A stretch of 62,805 nt of DNA, the filler included, from Diploschistes diacapsis (lineage: Eukaryota): NCBI GenBank assembly GCA_023645945.1. It is 17 parts of 17 records of this genome, joined end to end, with 100 filler letters (N's around TTAATTAATTAA, not from the genome) between each part and the next. Parts side by side here need not be neighbours in the genome. Positions count along the whole stretch, not along the records: positions 27,922 to 29,242 come from JALAIB010003318.1; positions 29,343 to 30,663 come from JALAIB010003319.1; positions 30,764 to 51,451 come from JALAIB010000332.1; 14 more parts are not named here. One strand, given 5' to 3'. This document shows, in pieces, positions 27,922 through 41,178 of the stretch. The notes under the pieces are model-generated. The model did not search any database and was not told the origin of the DNA. It saw only the letters and a program-made list of their open reading frames with translations. Position numbers and translations under genes: made by a program. How positions within the stretch are numbered: position 1 is the stretch's first letter; the number at the start of each line of letters is the position of its first letter.

Positions 27922-29242
27922 TAATAGAACCATTGATAAAACTTATTAGAAAAGATTTACCTTATAAGTAGATATAGGATCAGGAATAAACCTTTCGGAA
28001 ACTTAAGGACCTAATAATTAACGCGTCTATCCTAAAATTCTATAATTTAAATAAACCGATACGAATCGAACCCGATATTTTAAGACTAGCTATTATAGCA
28101 TGCTTATTACAACCCGATAATAATAATAAGTAACGGCTGATAACCTGTTACTCGAGAAAGATATTATTAATAAAAATCAATTACGATATAAGCGATTAAG
28201 AATTACTCGTTATAATCGTCATTTTAAACGAATGATATATTTATATTCACGGAGTAAAGGAATGTTACGATCCAAGTACCAGACTTGGCACGTCCCAGCT
28301 TTCTGTATATAGCCAACCACGGTGACAGGGGTCACGTGACTGACAGATGCCCGTTGACAGATGTTTGTCGGGGATAGATCTGTTCGGACAATTATTTATT
28401 AATAATAGCGCTGTTACGATAATTTATTATCGATAGCTGGTTATTAATTTAAATTATATAAGAACGCCGCCGTAGTCTTTATAAATTTAAGACGTGTTTA
28501 CTTTTATAGATATCCTTAGTTATTATTTAGGATTAATTTATATTCGTTATTTCTATTACTTAAAACCTTTTTTTAAAGATAATTAAAGATTTATAATTAT
28601 TTTATCTTTTTTTCTTATTTATATTTTTCTTTTAAACGAGATTAAATCTATTTTAATTAATATCTCGTGACTATTTTATAGAAATAAAAATTATAACACT
28701 TAAACACCCTTAAGAATAAATGTCTTAGATAATATAACCGGGAAATCGTCTTTAAGAACTAGATCCGTATTATCTTAAATATTAAGACGAGTAGCGACGC
28801 CATTAGGTAAGAGCGACGTACTTATGACGGATATTATGAAAATTAGAGGAGACGATCCCGAAAGTAACGTTAAAGCCGACGAAAATAGAACTTTAAAAAA
28901 ATTTATTATTAAAAATCTTAAGCCAGATAAATATTACGGAAATCGCAAGAAGTTAAAATATTAATTATTATAACTCGTATTATATTTTTATTAAAATCCT
29001 TATATTAAGAACGAATAAAAAAAAGATTATTTTCGTCGCGAGTTTTATACGTGATCGCGCATTAATATAAATTAAATTTTATTTATAATCGTATTTAGGT
29101 GATTAGGAAAACGATATAGGAATATTCGCCAATTTCTCGAAATTTAAGAAATAAGTTAAATTAACTTTTAATATTATTAACGATAAAAAATACGCCGTGC
29201 GAGTTATTTAAATTATACGTTAGAAAGACTCGGCCTCTAAAT
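27922..29242 (+). mobile_element. Nested Gypsy fragments: RT-RNase H (27922-28262), LTR (28263-28698), gag
   Basis: Degraded KPIRIEPD...IACLLQPD...YSRK...NYDISD*ELLVI RNase H motif; TG...CA LTR; gag-like PDKYYGNRKKL...FVASFIRDRAL. Confidence 0.8.
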
Positions 29243-29342
29243 NNNNNNNNNNNNNNNNNNNNNNNNNNNNNNNNNNNNNNNNNNNNTTAATTAATTAANN
29301 NNNNNNNNNNNNNNNNNNNNNNNNNNNNNNNNNNNNNNNNNN

Positions 29343-30430
29343 CCTTAATAATAACAAATTAATACTATCTTAATATAATTATAATTATCTTTATAGAAAA
29401 CTATTCGACCGACGGACAATTTTAGAAGAAAATTATAATTAATTCGAATAACATAATCTAGCAAAACGACATTAATAATTTAATTAATAAAAATATCGAA
29501 ATCACGTCTTTATTAATTATAATATCAATTACGTAAATTTCGAAAAATAACGATATTCCGAACCTAAATATAACGAAATATAAAAAATCGGTTTAAACAT
29601 GCGATCCAATTTCTAACGTTAGATCAAATATTCGAAAATCTTTAGAAATTAATTTAAACGAAGAAGTAACGTACGCGTTTCGTATTTTAAGAAAAGTTAT
29701 AGATAAGTAAGAATACTTTCGAAAAAAAGCTTTTATCGTTAATAATTAAAAATATTTAAATCATATACTTTTCGACGAATGCGGAGACTTCGGATGCGAT
29801 TACGTTAAACACGAAATATTAATATACGTCCTTTTACGGAAAATTAATTATCAACGTAACATTCTAACGATATTACGAGGAAATGTTATATAATAATAAA
29901 TACGAAGATTATTATCTTTTATACGATTATAAAATAAAGAAATATCCGATCGGTATATATAACGAAAGAATAATAAAACAAGAAACGTATCTATTAACGA
30001 TAAAAAGAATTATTATAATAATAAAATTTTATTTCGTATATAATACTTATCGTGTAAGAAAGTACGAATATCTAAATCACGCGAAATTCTATAAACCAAA
30101 GAATTATCGTGATAAGAATTATATAATCCTAACATATTACGATGAGACAGCCCAGCCCAGGGGCTTGCCAAGCCACGGCAGGGTCAATGCCCAGGTGCTT
30201 GCCAAGACACGGCAGGGTCAGAAAGTGGCTGTGTAGATGGGTAGTCCCCGAACCCCGGTAGGCTGGCATTCATATTACTTAACGGTACCTTCTTCCCACC
30301 TAAATAGTTTCTTCTTCAGCTTTTCGAATCGAGATCTTTTACTTATAAATACTTAAGCTACATTTAATCCTTCCGGATCAGGCCTAGCCCCCGATAGAAT
30401 AATATCCTTTCTTACGTTAACGTTTTATAT
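29343..30430 (+). mobile_element. RIP-degraded retrotransposon internal region with an inserted LTR (about 30134-30430)
   Basis: Homologous to about 55470-55712; the LTR 3' half is shared with 24510-24643, 27000-27200 and 62570-62775. Confidence 0.6.
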
Positions 30431-30965
30431 TCGAAAAATTTATTTTATCTTCGTATTCGTAACGAGAATTTAAAATATTAATCGAATATTAAATATTTAA
30501 ATAAGTTTATAATAACCGAAACTCGAAAATATTATCCGCCGATCTATTATAAATAATGACCCCCGCTAATAAAAAAAATCAAAAAAGAAAAAGAAAATCG
30601 ATAATACTTCCGTTTTTTAAAGAATTAACCGAGATACTATCGGTTAAAAAATACGATTTAATANNNNNNNNNNNNNNNNNNNNNNNNNNNNNNNNNNNNN
30701 NNNNNNNTTAATTAATTAANNNNNNNNNNNNNNNNNNNNNNNNNNNNNNNNNNNNNNNNNNNNGCTCGCTACGCTTGCTTTGTATAGTAGTTTATACTAT
30801 TGATCGAAAAAAGACTGGCCCACGACTTGGAGCGATTGAGCCCGGGGGTTTTGGGGGTTTTAACCCATAAAGAAAGATAGAATAGACAACTGGCCAAACA
30901 AGAAAAAGGGAAGGACCCAAAGAAAAAATTGCTTGAAGAAGCTAACGTAAGGAGCCCACACTCAC

Positions 30966-31285
30966 TGCTGCAGCTCCTTGACATATTTGTCCGTGTGAAA
31001 AGACCGCAGCTCCTGCTCCGTCGCCGCGCGAGAGATGTACATGTCCATAGCGTCGTGCATGCCGTAGGCCATGACGAGCTTGTTCGTCAGGGTGAGGCGC
31101 CACGGCTTCATGGGGTGGTTGGCGCCGAAGTGATGGTCCTCGACCTCGGGGTTCGCATGGTAGGAGACCGTGTAGCCTTTGGGCCGCTCGATGCTGTTCA
31201 CGATCTTGGTGGCTGTGATGGCGGTGGGGATGTCGAGGCCGGCGGTGGTCACGGAGCGGGGATGGTACTCGCGTATTCGAGGCAT
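30966..31285 (-). CDS. HOS2: Class I histone deacetylase Hos2/HosA, exon 1 only (3'-partial at contig end)
   Basis: RPKGYTVSYHANPEVEDHHFGANHPMKPWRLTLTNKLVMAYGMHDAMDMYISRAAT...FHTDKY; GTGAGT donor at 30965. Confidence 0.88.
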
Positions 31286-31686
31286 CTTTGGGGCGGACGT
31301 GGGAGATGGTGAGGGGAGTTTTTGGGGTAGTGGAGGTGTATCTAGGGGCGCAAGAGGAGTTGGTGCATGAGTAGAAAAGGAAGTCGAGACTTCAACAGGT
31401 GATTGGTCGTTGGAGGCTGGATTTCGAGATTGAGCCACAGGTGTGGCGCAGACTCTTGTGGCTGGAGGTTGTGTGGTAGCCTGATAGGGAAGGGGGTTAT
31501 GGCTGACTCGGGCTTTGGCACCCATCATCTGCCCCCATCGCTCGTGTCGTGATCCTCCATAACGATGCCTCTTGCGCCACAATTGGCGGCACGTTACATT
31601 CACCGCCTGATGCGTGTGCGTACACTGAATTGCAGTCTACTGGACTTTGCCTACCCCAACCGGGTTCGCTGATTCTCCTACTCAAC

Positions 31687-33395
31687 ATGACGAACGCTGT
31701 AGCGGAAGCAAAGCAGTATTGGGGATACTTGATAGCGGCAGACAAGTCACCAACGCCGAAGTTTGAGCAATTGCTTCTTGGGATTGCACATTACATTGTG
31801 GGTATTGCTCTGTGGAGAAAGATGATCCGAGCTGACGTGAATAGAGCAAGCACGTCGCGCCATGGGATGTCCGTGTACTTACTCCGGCAAAGCTAGCATC
31901 GTTCTACAGACTCGTGGGAGGTAACTATGACGCACTGTTTCTGGAGTGCCCAAGCACATCCCTCGGCTTCATCTACAAATCCTTGGGATGTTTCCACTCC
32001 CTACAGCAAGAAAATGACCCCTTCGCCGCGCCGACCGTGCCGACTTTGACGCCAGCTGGGTTTGTGCGATGGCAGACGGTGCAGCTCCTGTTAAACCCGG
32101 ACGACCAAGTTCGATATTTACAAAAGGCAGTCAAGCGGTTGGAGATAATCAATGGAGGGCCTGGAGGGCCATTCCCCAAGATACTCCCAGCAGAGTGCCT
32201 ACCACGAACACCTGACCCCAAAATGACGAAATGGCATGAAAGGGTGGGGGACAGGCTGCGGATCGAATCTGAGGCTCAGGCCGCAAGATCTGCGCCGCCA
32301 ACAGCTAGAAATCCAAGTTTTCGACCGGCAGATCTCGAGTCCGTGACCGACTTATCCGTTGACAGTCACTCGATGGTCGATGCCAGCGAGTACTTCCAAG
32401 CCAGTTCTACAAGTCCCAAACGGCCAGTCTATACCAAGGCAGTACCTGTACCAGCGACAAATGGCCGGTTTCACAATGCCGACCCCGGCCGTCGAGGCTC
32501 CAGCTACACTTCACGTTCGCCCGATTACGCCGACGGTCCAGCACCCACCTACGGCCGCTATTCTCGTCGATCTCCTCGAAACCCAGAGCCAGCAGCAGTC
32601 GAGCCCGCCTCGTCTTCGTCAGATTCTCGTTCCCCCCCTCGGCAGCACCAGTATGGCCGTACACGGCTAAGTATTCGCCTTTCGGATGCGAAAGACAGGA
32701 GTCCCCGCTCTTACTCAGCCACTCGCAGTCCGGGTTCCCAAGACCCCGTATCCCCATTAAAGGATGAGCTTGGCCGCAGGCACTCGTCGCATCTACTTGC
32801 AAATTACGGAAGGCGTGATTCCATGCCACCACCACCTCAGCCTGTTGCAGCCTCGCAAGCTTCTCAGACACTGTCGCCTCCTTTCTTCGTCTCACAGAAG
32901 GGGCGTAACTCGAATCAATTCTCACCCACTGGGCCCACAGCACCTCCAGGCGGAAGGCAAGCTGCATCCGCGCTGTCACCGCAGAATCAGCCGTATGCAC
33001 GACCTCCACGGAACACGGTGAACTACGGTTCAGGACCGATAGATTCGTGGCGGAGCAAGTTAAATGCTTATGTCAACGGCTCCAACCCGGGCCCCCCAGC
33101 ACCAACGCTCCCGGTGGGAGGCCGCAGGAGAAGCCAGAGTGGAGGTCTGGAAAGCAGCGGCCGGGAGCCGCTTACAGAGGGTGTTAGGTTCGTAGAGGGT
33201 GTCGGCGGGCTGGACGATCGCCGGAGTGGAGGACAAGGGTACGATAGAAAGGATGGTAGTGAAGGAGAGAGAAATAGCAAGAGCCGAAGGAGGAGGGATT
33301 CTGAGCGCGAATGGGAGAGCGAGCTAGAAGACCGCAGGCCCGAAAGGTTGTATGGTCGGAGAGAACGGAGGAGTGGAGAGGTTGGAGAGGTATAG
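31687..33395 (+). CDS. Conserved fungal hypothetical protein (DUF7514-like N-terminal domain, disordered P/S/R-rich tail); intron 31798-31844
   Basis: YWGYLI...PTPKFEQLLLGIAHYI, LTPAKLASFYRLVGGNYD, LTPAGFVRWQTVQLLL; divergent from HOS2 with about 400 bp between starts. Domain name is from recall. Confidence 0.8.
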
Positions 33396-35355
33396 GTAAG
33401 CTAATGGAAAGAGATGGACGCAGCGACTCAACAGTAAATTCTGCCTACGATGAGCTGCTGGAAAGAACTCGAAGAGCGTGTACAGCAAGGGGTCATGCTT
33501 TCACGGTGTATACGATGTAAATGCCACCTACATGGAGAGTACTTCAGACAATCAGCAGACGAACTTCTAATGATCAAGATTATATGCATAGCAGCTTACA
33601 AAATGCATTCCCATCAGCACATCACAACGGAGAAATGACTACAGTAGGTGCATCCGGGGTTTGCCTTTGCGACTCCAAACCATTCCAATCATCTCGACAA
33701 CAACTCAGTATGCTCAATTCAATTCTCCGTCGCCTCAGGTGCATCGGAGAAGCCCCGTCTCGCTCACCCTTTTCATGAGGAGGGTGCGACCAGCAACACC
33801 GTGAACAAAGACTCGTGGACAAAGATGAAGCCAAGCCCTCCATGGTAGCTTATGCTGCGACTCGATGATGATTTTGGCGCGCTTGAAACTCAACGTCGGA
33901 TTGTGTCCTCATTGGCCCGGCCGGACGAAGGTCACGCATGCATGCTGAGTCGCTGCTGACGGTGCAAAAGAACGTACTATAAATGCTATTGGACTGAGTT
34001 TGTTTCAGGTCGACACCCTCTTTAAACCGGGCTTCAATCCTCCAAATTCACACCGAAAATCCTCGGTGAGTGTCCGTCTCAACTCGCAAGAGAGCTGGTC
34101 TTTGCTGTCTTAGACTCCAAGGTGCCGAGTCGGTGAAATCTCCTTTCATTTCTCACTTCAATCCGATCCAATCCAATCCGTTCATTATTTTCGGCCATGG
34201 TCACTGCGATGGAGGAGCTGCAACTCTGGGATCTGGGGTATCCAGTATAGAAGAGAAACCCTCGTCTCGTGACCAAGTGCCGGAGCAGCGGCCGTGGCGT
34301 CAGCTAAGACTAAAATGGCCTGAAAACCGGTGGCACTTGATCCGGGGCGCAGAATTAGGGTTTTCGTCTATCTCTATGAGACTCTATCTCGTGGTTCCTG
34401 CAATATGTCGCACAGCACACCGTCTCCAGAATCATGCACTCCTGCAAGTCACTGGCTTCTTGCGGTGGTGAATGGGCGGAACGTAGCCTGAGCTACCATG
34501 ACTAACTAAATGAGTACTCTGGCGCAAATGTGCAAGGACCTTACCAATGGTCCGGTATACCGACGCAGGTGGCTTGCATTCGTGCTTCGTTTAAGAATTA
34601 AGCTTATCCGTGTGTCTGGTTCAGGCGCTGCAGCGGTGAAGGCCATGCTGTTCGATATGATTATGAAAATTCTCCAGGCCTGCCACCCTTCTGTCGCCGC
34701 CAGGCGCTACAAGCTTGAAGATCGGACGACCCTTGACATGTTTCTGATGCCCCCTCTCATCAAAATACCAAGCCTTTGACCGCCATACGCTCTTTGCACG
34801 TGTTGATTTCCTTGTTCTGTCTGATTTGTTCTGCTAAACCCCAAGGCTCGCGTGAGGCGAGGGCATGCTCACTTAGTTCTATCTCCAACTCTCTGCGCTT
34901 CCAAATTCCTGTCTATGGTGCTCCATATCTCCTCCGAGATGGTGTTGGCCTCGTCAGCAAGGGGTGATGGAGTTACTTGTTTCTGCATGCGCGAACGGAG
35001 GCCATGTCAGTGTGAGCCAAACAGTCACCGTCGTCCCCCTACCTTCCTTTGACACACCTGATTCCTCCTCCGCTGAGGCAGAGAGAATCCTTCACGGCAC
35101 GAAACCACACTCCCTGGACGAGCTCGGCATTTATGACTCCAGACACCACGAGCTTGTGGAACACGACAGCATCGCGGTAGATATTTGAAATAACAAGCAG
35201 CCTCTTCAAGCTTGTTAGAGGAACGGCTCGTCTATATATTCTATGCATCATGGCGTCTCTTATTTCTCCAGTTCGCACAAGTTCCTGGAACACTCCTTAA
35301 CTCTGCATCGTTCTGAACTTGCACGATCTTCTGTCCTGCTGTGGCATTCTGCAAC

Positions 35356-36887
35356 ATGTTGTCCTTCTTTGTATTCCTTACTGGCGTGGCCCTGGTCAAT
35401 GCTTGGATGCCAGGCAACAAGACCATCACGTCAAGAGAAGGACGCAATCTCTTTAAGCGGCCCAGCAATGCAACTGGTCCCGGTAACACTACAGCTTCTG
35501 GGCACCTCACGGACGGGTGGCTCCCTGGCAATTTACCCATTCGAGGCGTCAATCTGGGCTCACAGTTCATCGTCGAGCCATGGATGGCATCTACTGAATG
35601 GACCGACGTTATCGGATGCACCAGCAGCCAACCCTCCGAATTTGACTGTGTCTTGTACCTAGGGCAGAGTACCGCCAACTCGAGATTCGCTACACACTGG
35701 GGAGACTGGATCACCCAGGGCGACATCGGCGAGATGATCAGCTACGGCCTCAACACCATTCGAATTCCTGTCGGCTACTGGATCTGGGAGAGTCTGAAAT
35801 ATGACAGGTACAGTGCAATGCTCCCTGGCGAATTTCTTGGCTAATGCGCAACAGCGAGTACTTTCCAGAGGGCGGGCTTGCGTATCTGACCCAGATCTGT
35901 GGTAAGTCAGTCGCCGAAGATAGCGACGCTGGCTGACAAGGCAATTTGTAGGATGGGCATCAGACGCCGGAATGTACATCATCATCGACCTGCACGGCGC
36001 ACCTTTTGCGCAGGATGGTCAACAGCCCTTCACCGGGCAGATGGCAGCCCCTCCCACAGACTCGAACCCCGACTTCTACCAGCCAAGCCAGTACCAGCGT
36101 GGACTGTGGTTCCTGGGCAACATGACCAATTACATCCATACCAACTACGCCTACAGGAATGTCGGCATGATTGAAGTAGTCAACGAGCCTATCACTGTAT
36201 GTTCCCCGCTTCCTCATCCGAGGTATACACTGACAGGTGCTTCAGGTGCAAAACGATTTAACCGACTCGATGCGAAGCAGCTACTACCCAGACGCTTTCT
36301 CAGTAAGACATGTTCCCCACCCTCTCACAACAATATGCTCACCGCCCAGACTATCCGCAACGTCGAGAACAGCCTCTGCGTAACCCCCAACAACTACCTC
36401 CACATCCAAATGATGGACAACCTCTGGGGCTCAGGCGACCCGACACAGTACCTGACCAACAACTACTTCGCCGCGTACGACGACCACAACTATGTCGGCT
36501 TCAACGGCAACATCGACCCGACGCCCGCCAACTATCTGGCCTACAGCTGCGCCGACAACCGCGGCGGCAACTGGCCCGTGGTCGTCGGCGAGTGGAGCCT
36601 GACGGTCGCCAACGAGTACGACGCGGACTTCTGGCCCATTGCGAATAACCTGCAGTTCTACCGTGACTGGTTCAACGCGCAGGTTAGGGTGTACGAGAAG
36701 CAGGAGGGGTGGATCTTTTGGAGCTGGAAGACGAATTTGGGGGACCCGAGATGGGATTATCAAGGTATGTGCTCTTGGCTGGTTCTAGTGAGGGGATTGT
36801 GGAGGCTGATTGTGCTACGTAGGCGCCGTCGCAGCAGGGATTATTCCGACGAATCTAAATGATATTTACAACACCAACCCGTGCTAG
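35356..36887 (+). CDS. Secreted GH5 beta-glucanase (endo-beta-1,6-glucanase/ExgB-like); introns 35808-35854, 35902-35951, 36197-36245, 36303-36349, 36765-36822
   Basis: Signal peptide, IRGVNLGSQFIVEPWM, GLNTIRIPVGYW, IIDLHGAP, acid/base VNEP, nucleophile VVGEWS, GWIFWSWK. Confidence 0.92.
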
Positions 36888-37993
36888 AAGGGCGATGCCG
36901 GGCCGCCTTGCTGGAGGCGAAGTCTCTTCTACATGCCCTCGTGCAGATAAGGAAAAGATAGGACGGTGGAGGTTACGATAACGCATGCAACAAGCATTCG
37001 TTCTACTGTACATACACATTCTCCTCGTTGTTTCGGCCGCGCTCCTTGTACATACTTTACCAAAGAAGTAGCACTGCATACATACAGAGCTATTTTTGCT
37101 CCACCTATGACTCGACTGGATCTTCATGTTGTCTCCTTATGAGTTGTGAATTTTCTATGCAGCTCTGCGGGCGGTCCCGCATGTCCTTCCGTTTGCGGTA
37201 TTTCTCGCGGTTAACGGCTCTCCGAACCCGGACACTACCATTGGAAGCCGTTAGGGTTCATTCATGTTTGTTCTGTCTTCTCAACCGATATGGCTATTTG
37301 TGAGTTGTACTGGCTGGTGGGCTGCAAATTCGCAGCCCCTTAGGTTGTAACTGAATGTTGTAGTGCATACTACTTACTCAAGATCTACCGCAGATACGAG
37401 GATGAAGATAGGCGCTTTGGGGGGCATGATCAACCCGTGAGCCTATCCAGCTAATATTCAGCAATGTCCGGTTGTCAGCGAATCATGGGGGGCGCTAGAA
37501 GTCGAGTAGGTATAGCTGGAGATTGTCCAACTGATAGCTAATTCAATTTGGCAGGTCAGCGTTCAGGCATCAGCGTTATACCCTGTATTAGCATGGTTCT
37601 TTGAACTGAACTGTACGTGAAATGGTTGAGGCAAAGATCAGGCTTATGCAAAGACCGTGCAAAGAAGCCTAAAGGCCGCCCTAGACGTCCCGTTCACATT
37701 TCTGCAATCTCTAAATGGTGGGCAGCGCGCGTCAACTCCATAAATGTGGCCCCGACTATCGGCTTGACCTTGTTTGAAATGAAGCTAGCGGGATCGGCGG
37801 CTAGCGGCCTGTGATACATCAGGTATTGCAAGGTTCGCAGATGACAGCCTGTTTGTAGATTGAACTTTCCATGGCTGGTTGGTTACTGATCCGGCTTGAG
37901 GACGATGTTAGCCGTGGGTATCAGTTCATATAACATCTCTTTCCTCGATTTCCTTTCCCGGCTCAGTGCCTTTTGCAACTCGTGTTCAGCACC

Positions 37994-39970
37994 ATGCATT
38001 CGTCCAGCGTCCTTCTTCTCTTTGCCTTCTCTGTCTCGCTTACTCTGTCTCTTACGACCCATGTACATGATGCTTCATTCGTCCCTGATGCCGTGCTGCG
38101 CGTCTCCGCCCAGAACGTCAGTATTGGTGGTATCCATCGATATACGACCCTTATCAATGGTACTTTGCCGGGCCCAACCCTCCGCATTACGGAGGGTGAC
38201 ACGGTTTGGATCCGTGTGTACAACGACATGAGCGACCAGAACACGACTGTGGTACGTATGGTTCCAAGCCCAGCCGACAACGGAAGTTGACAATAGACAG
38301 CATTGGCACGGCCTTGCGCAAGCTGCGTACCCTTTCTCTGACGGTACACCACTCGCCAGTCAATGGCCGATTCCGCCGCAGCACTTTTTCGATTACGAAC
38401 TCCAGACAGCAAACGGCTCTGCAGGCAGCTATTGGTACCATTCCCATGTCGGCTTCCAAGCCGTGAGTACTTCAGGGCCTCTCATCGTCGAGGACCGCAA
38501 TACCTCGCCTTACAAGACCGACGGAGAGCGGATTGTTTACTTCCAAGAGCTCTTCAACGAGACCGACACGACCATCGAGCAGGGTCTGGACTCGGATCCT
38601 CTTGTGTGGAGTGGAGAGACTAATGGGTTCATGGTGAACGGGAAAACGATATCAAACTACGGCGTTGTTGACGACTCGTCGGCGACGCTGGACGTTATCA
38701 CCGTCGAGCCTGGCAAGACCTACCGTTTCCGCTTTATTGCTGCGACTTCGCTATCACTAGCCATATTCCAGTTCCAATCGCACGATGGCCTCCAGATTAT
38801 CGAAGCAGACGGCAGCTACACCAAGCCTTGCCCGACTGACATCATGCAGATCGGGACCGGCCAACGCTACAGCGCTCTCCTCAAGACGAAGTCCTGCTCA
38901 GAGCTTCAAAAAACCGGACAGCTCGACTACTACCTCCAGATCGAGTCCCGCGAGCGTCCTTCGAACGTCACCAACTACGCCCTGCTCCGCTACAAAAACA
39001 GCTGCAGCATATCTTCCCCAGCAACCCTCCCAACAAACTCCTACCCCTCGCAGGCCCCGCTGACCCTCCCACCAACCATCAACGGCTTCCTCGACTACAA
39101 GCTCCAACCCATCCAACCAAACTCCTTCCCCTCCAGCAGCGAGGTCACACGGCGCGTAACCCTCAACGTCCAACAAATCAACGACTCCTACGCCATCTGG
39201 CAAGACTCCAACGTAAGCTGGATCCCAGACGCCTCTGATCCCCTGCCACACACCAGCCCCTCCGTCCCCTACCTCGTCGCCCTCTACCAGAACGAATCGG
39301 CCTACCTCCCCAACTACACCGCGGCCGTCGCCAACGGCGGCGTCGACCCGACGACGAAAACCTTCCCCGCCCGCATCGGTGAGGTGCTGGAAATCGTGCT
39401 GCAGCAGGTCGGCGGGCTGGGCGAGAACGGCAACACGGGCGGCGGCGTCGACGTGCACCCCTGGCACGCGCACGGCAGCCATTACTACGACGCGGGGGCG
39501 GGCCCGGGCGCGTTCGATCCGAGCGTCATGGAGGCCCGGCTGAAAGGCACCCAACCCGTGCGCAGGGATACGACGATGCTGTATTGCTACAGCGGGACGG
39601 CGAGCCCGGGCGAGAAGTATGGGTGGCGCGCGTGGAGGATGAGGGTTCAGCAGCCGGGCGCGTGGATGGTGCATTGCCATGTGGTATTGTTGCCCCCTTT
39701 TTAATCCGGTTGCTGTTGCGGTTCGGGTATCATGATGTGATGTGTGCTAATGCTTGGGTACAGTTACAGCACATGTTGATGGGCTTGCAGACGGTCTGGG
39801 TGTTTGGCGACGAGGGCGATCTGTTCGGCAGCAAGGACGGGGTCGGACGGCTGGATGTTAGCGGCTATTTGACGTATGGCGGGAATGTGGTGGGCAACGC
39901 GAGCCATGCGCCGGAGGTGCTGCACTTTGGGGAGGTGGGAGGGCTGAGGAGGATGAGGATGAGGGTGTGA
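37994..39970 (+). CDS. Secreted multicopper oxidase (fungal L-ascorbate-oxidase-like, AA1); introns 38252-38300 and 39684-39763
   Basis: All four Cu motifs present: HWHG, YWYHSH, HPWHAHG, HCHVLQHMLMGL; N-terminal signal peptide. Confidence 0.93.
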
Positions 39971-40294
39971 AGGTGGTTCCGTTGCTGGGGAGGGGAGAGC
40001 GGAGAGCGTGAGTGTGAGCATGAGTGTGAAGTTCGGGGGGGTTGAAAGTTAAAAACATATCCACGGGCGGTTGGTTATAATGTATCTGGTCACAGATAGA
40101 GCCATAGTGTGGTGAAGGAAAGGCAGCCGAGATGCCGGATGGGGCTTGAGGCTCGCTATTTACGCTCGTTCACGTCCAATGTTGTTTGTCAATAGCTATC
40201 TTTGTCGAACGCGTGCCATGCGAGCATGCAACAAGTCTTCCGAGAATTTACAAGTCTCAAAGCATGCAACATTACATCTCACAACCCCCCTGCC

Positions 40295-40332
40295 TCTTCT
40301 TCTTCTTCTTCTTCTTCTTCTTTTTCTTCTTC
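40295..40332. repeat. (CTT)n microsatellite
   Basis: Direct reading. Confidence 0.8.
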
Positions 40333-41178
40333 TGATGAATGGGGCTAGTGGGTTTAATCAGATTATTTAGAAAGTCTTGGTCCGGGCCCCAGATACAACA
40401 TCAAATATGAGATTTCTCCGTTGGCATGGCTCCTGTACGCCTACTGTCGCTCGAGCCTCGAGGACCAATACTTGCGCTGTTTCTATAGCCAAAAAGGGGG
40501 CGGGGGAAGGTTTTTTGTAACGAAGGGAGCGCGGTGAGCGCTTTTCCGAATCAGGCAATTAATTCCTGAAACCGGGTTCTGGCGCACCGAGCCTGAGAGC
40601 GAAGAGCGATGCTGCAGACCAGCAGGGATTCTATAGGGGGGAGAGGCCCGTCAACAATGGGACGTGGTGGGGGAACTGAGCAGCATTTTTTGAGGGTTGA
40701 TAAGTTATCTGAATGCTAAAATAGGTCGAATGAACAGCCCTGGCGGACTGGGATACCAACGGCCGTTCTTCGGGTGTCACAGTGAAACTGATACTAAGAT
40801 TGGTATAGAAAGGTTGCTTCCAAGCCATTAACGCCCATTCACCGTTAGTCGATTATGATTAATGCCCATTAATCGTCCAAACATGGCTTCTAAGCACACG
40901 TGCTGTGCCTTTGGGATCAATCTTGAACGATCTCCAATCCGGTAGGTACGCGTCGTAACCATTGCGGCGGTTCAGCGCTTATCTTGTATAATGGATTGGC
41001 AAACCAGGCGATATCTATAACACAGCTCGTTCTAGGAATTCTCGAAAGTCTATAGTTCAACTATACTTGATCGACTAACAGGCTTTGTCTGGAGCATATA
41101 TAGTGCGAGAAAACCGCACTTGTCGCTAATAAGCCAGAAGAATATTTCCCAAGTTGATGCCTACAGAGTATACACACC

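Noticed and set aside
20697..30763. Centromere-like or TE-island block between nmrA and HOS2
   Set aside because: Made of separate size-ranked contigs joined by artificial linkers.
38898..39680. Long antisense ORFs here and over CTK1, NOC2 and other genes
   Set aside because: Shadow ORFs caused by codon bias of the real genes on the opposite strand.
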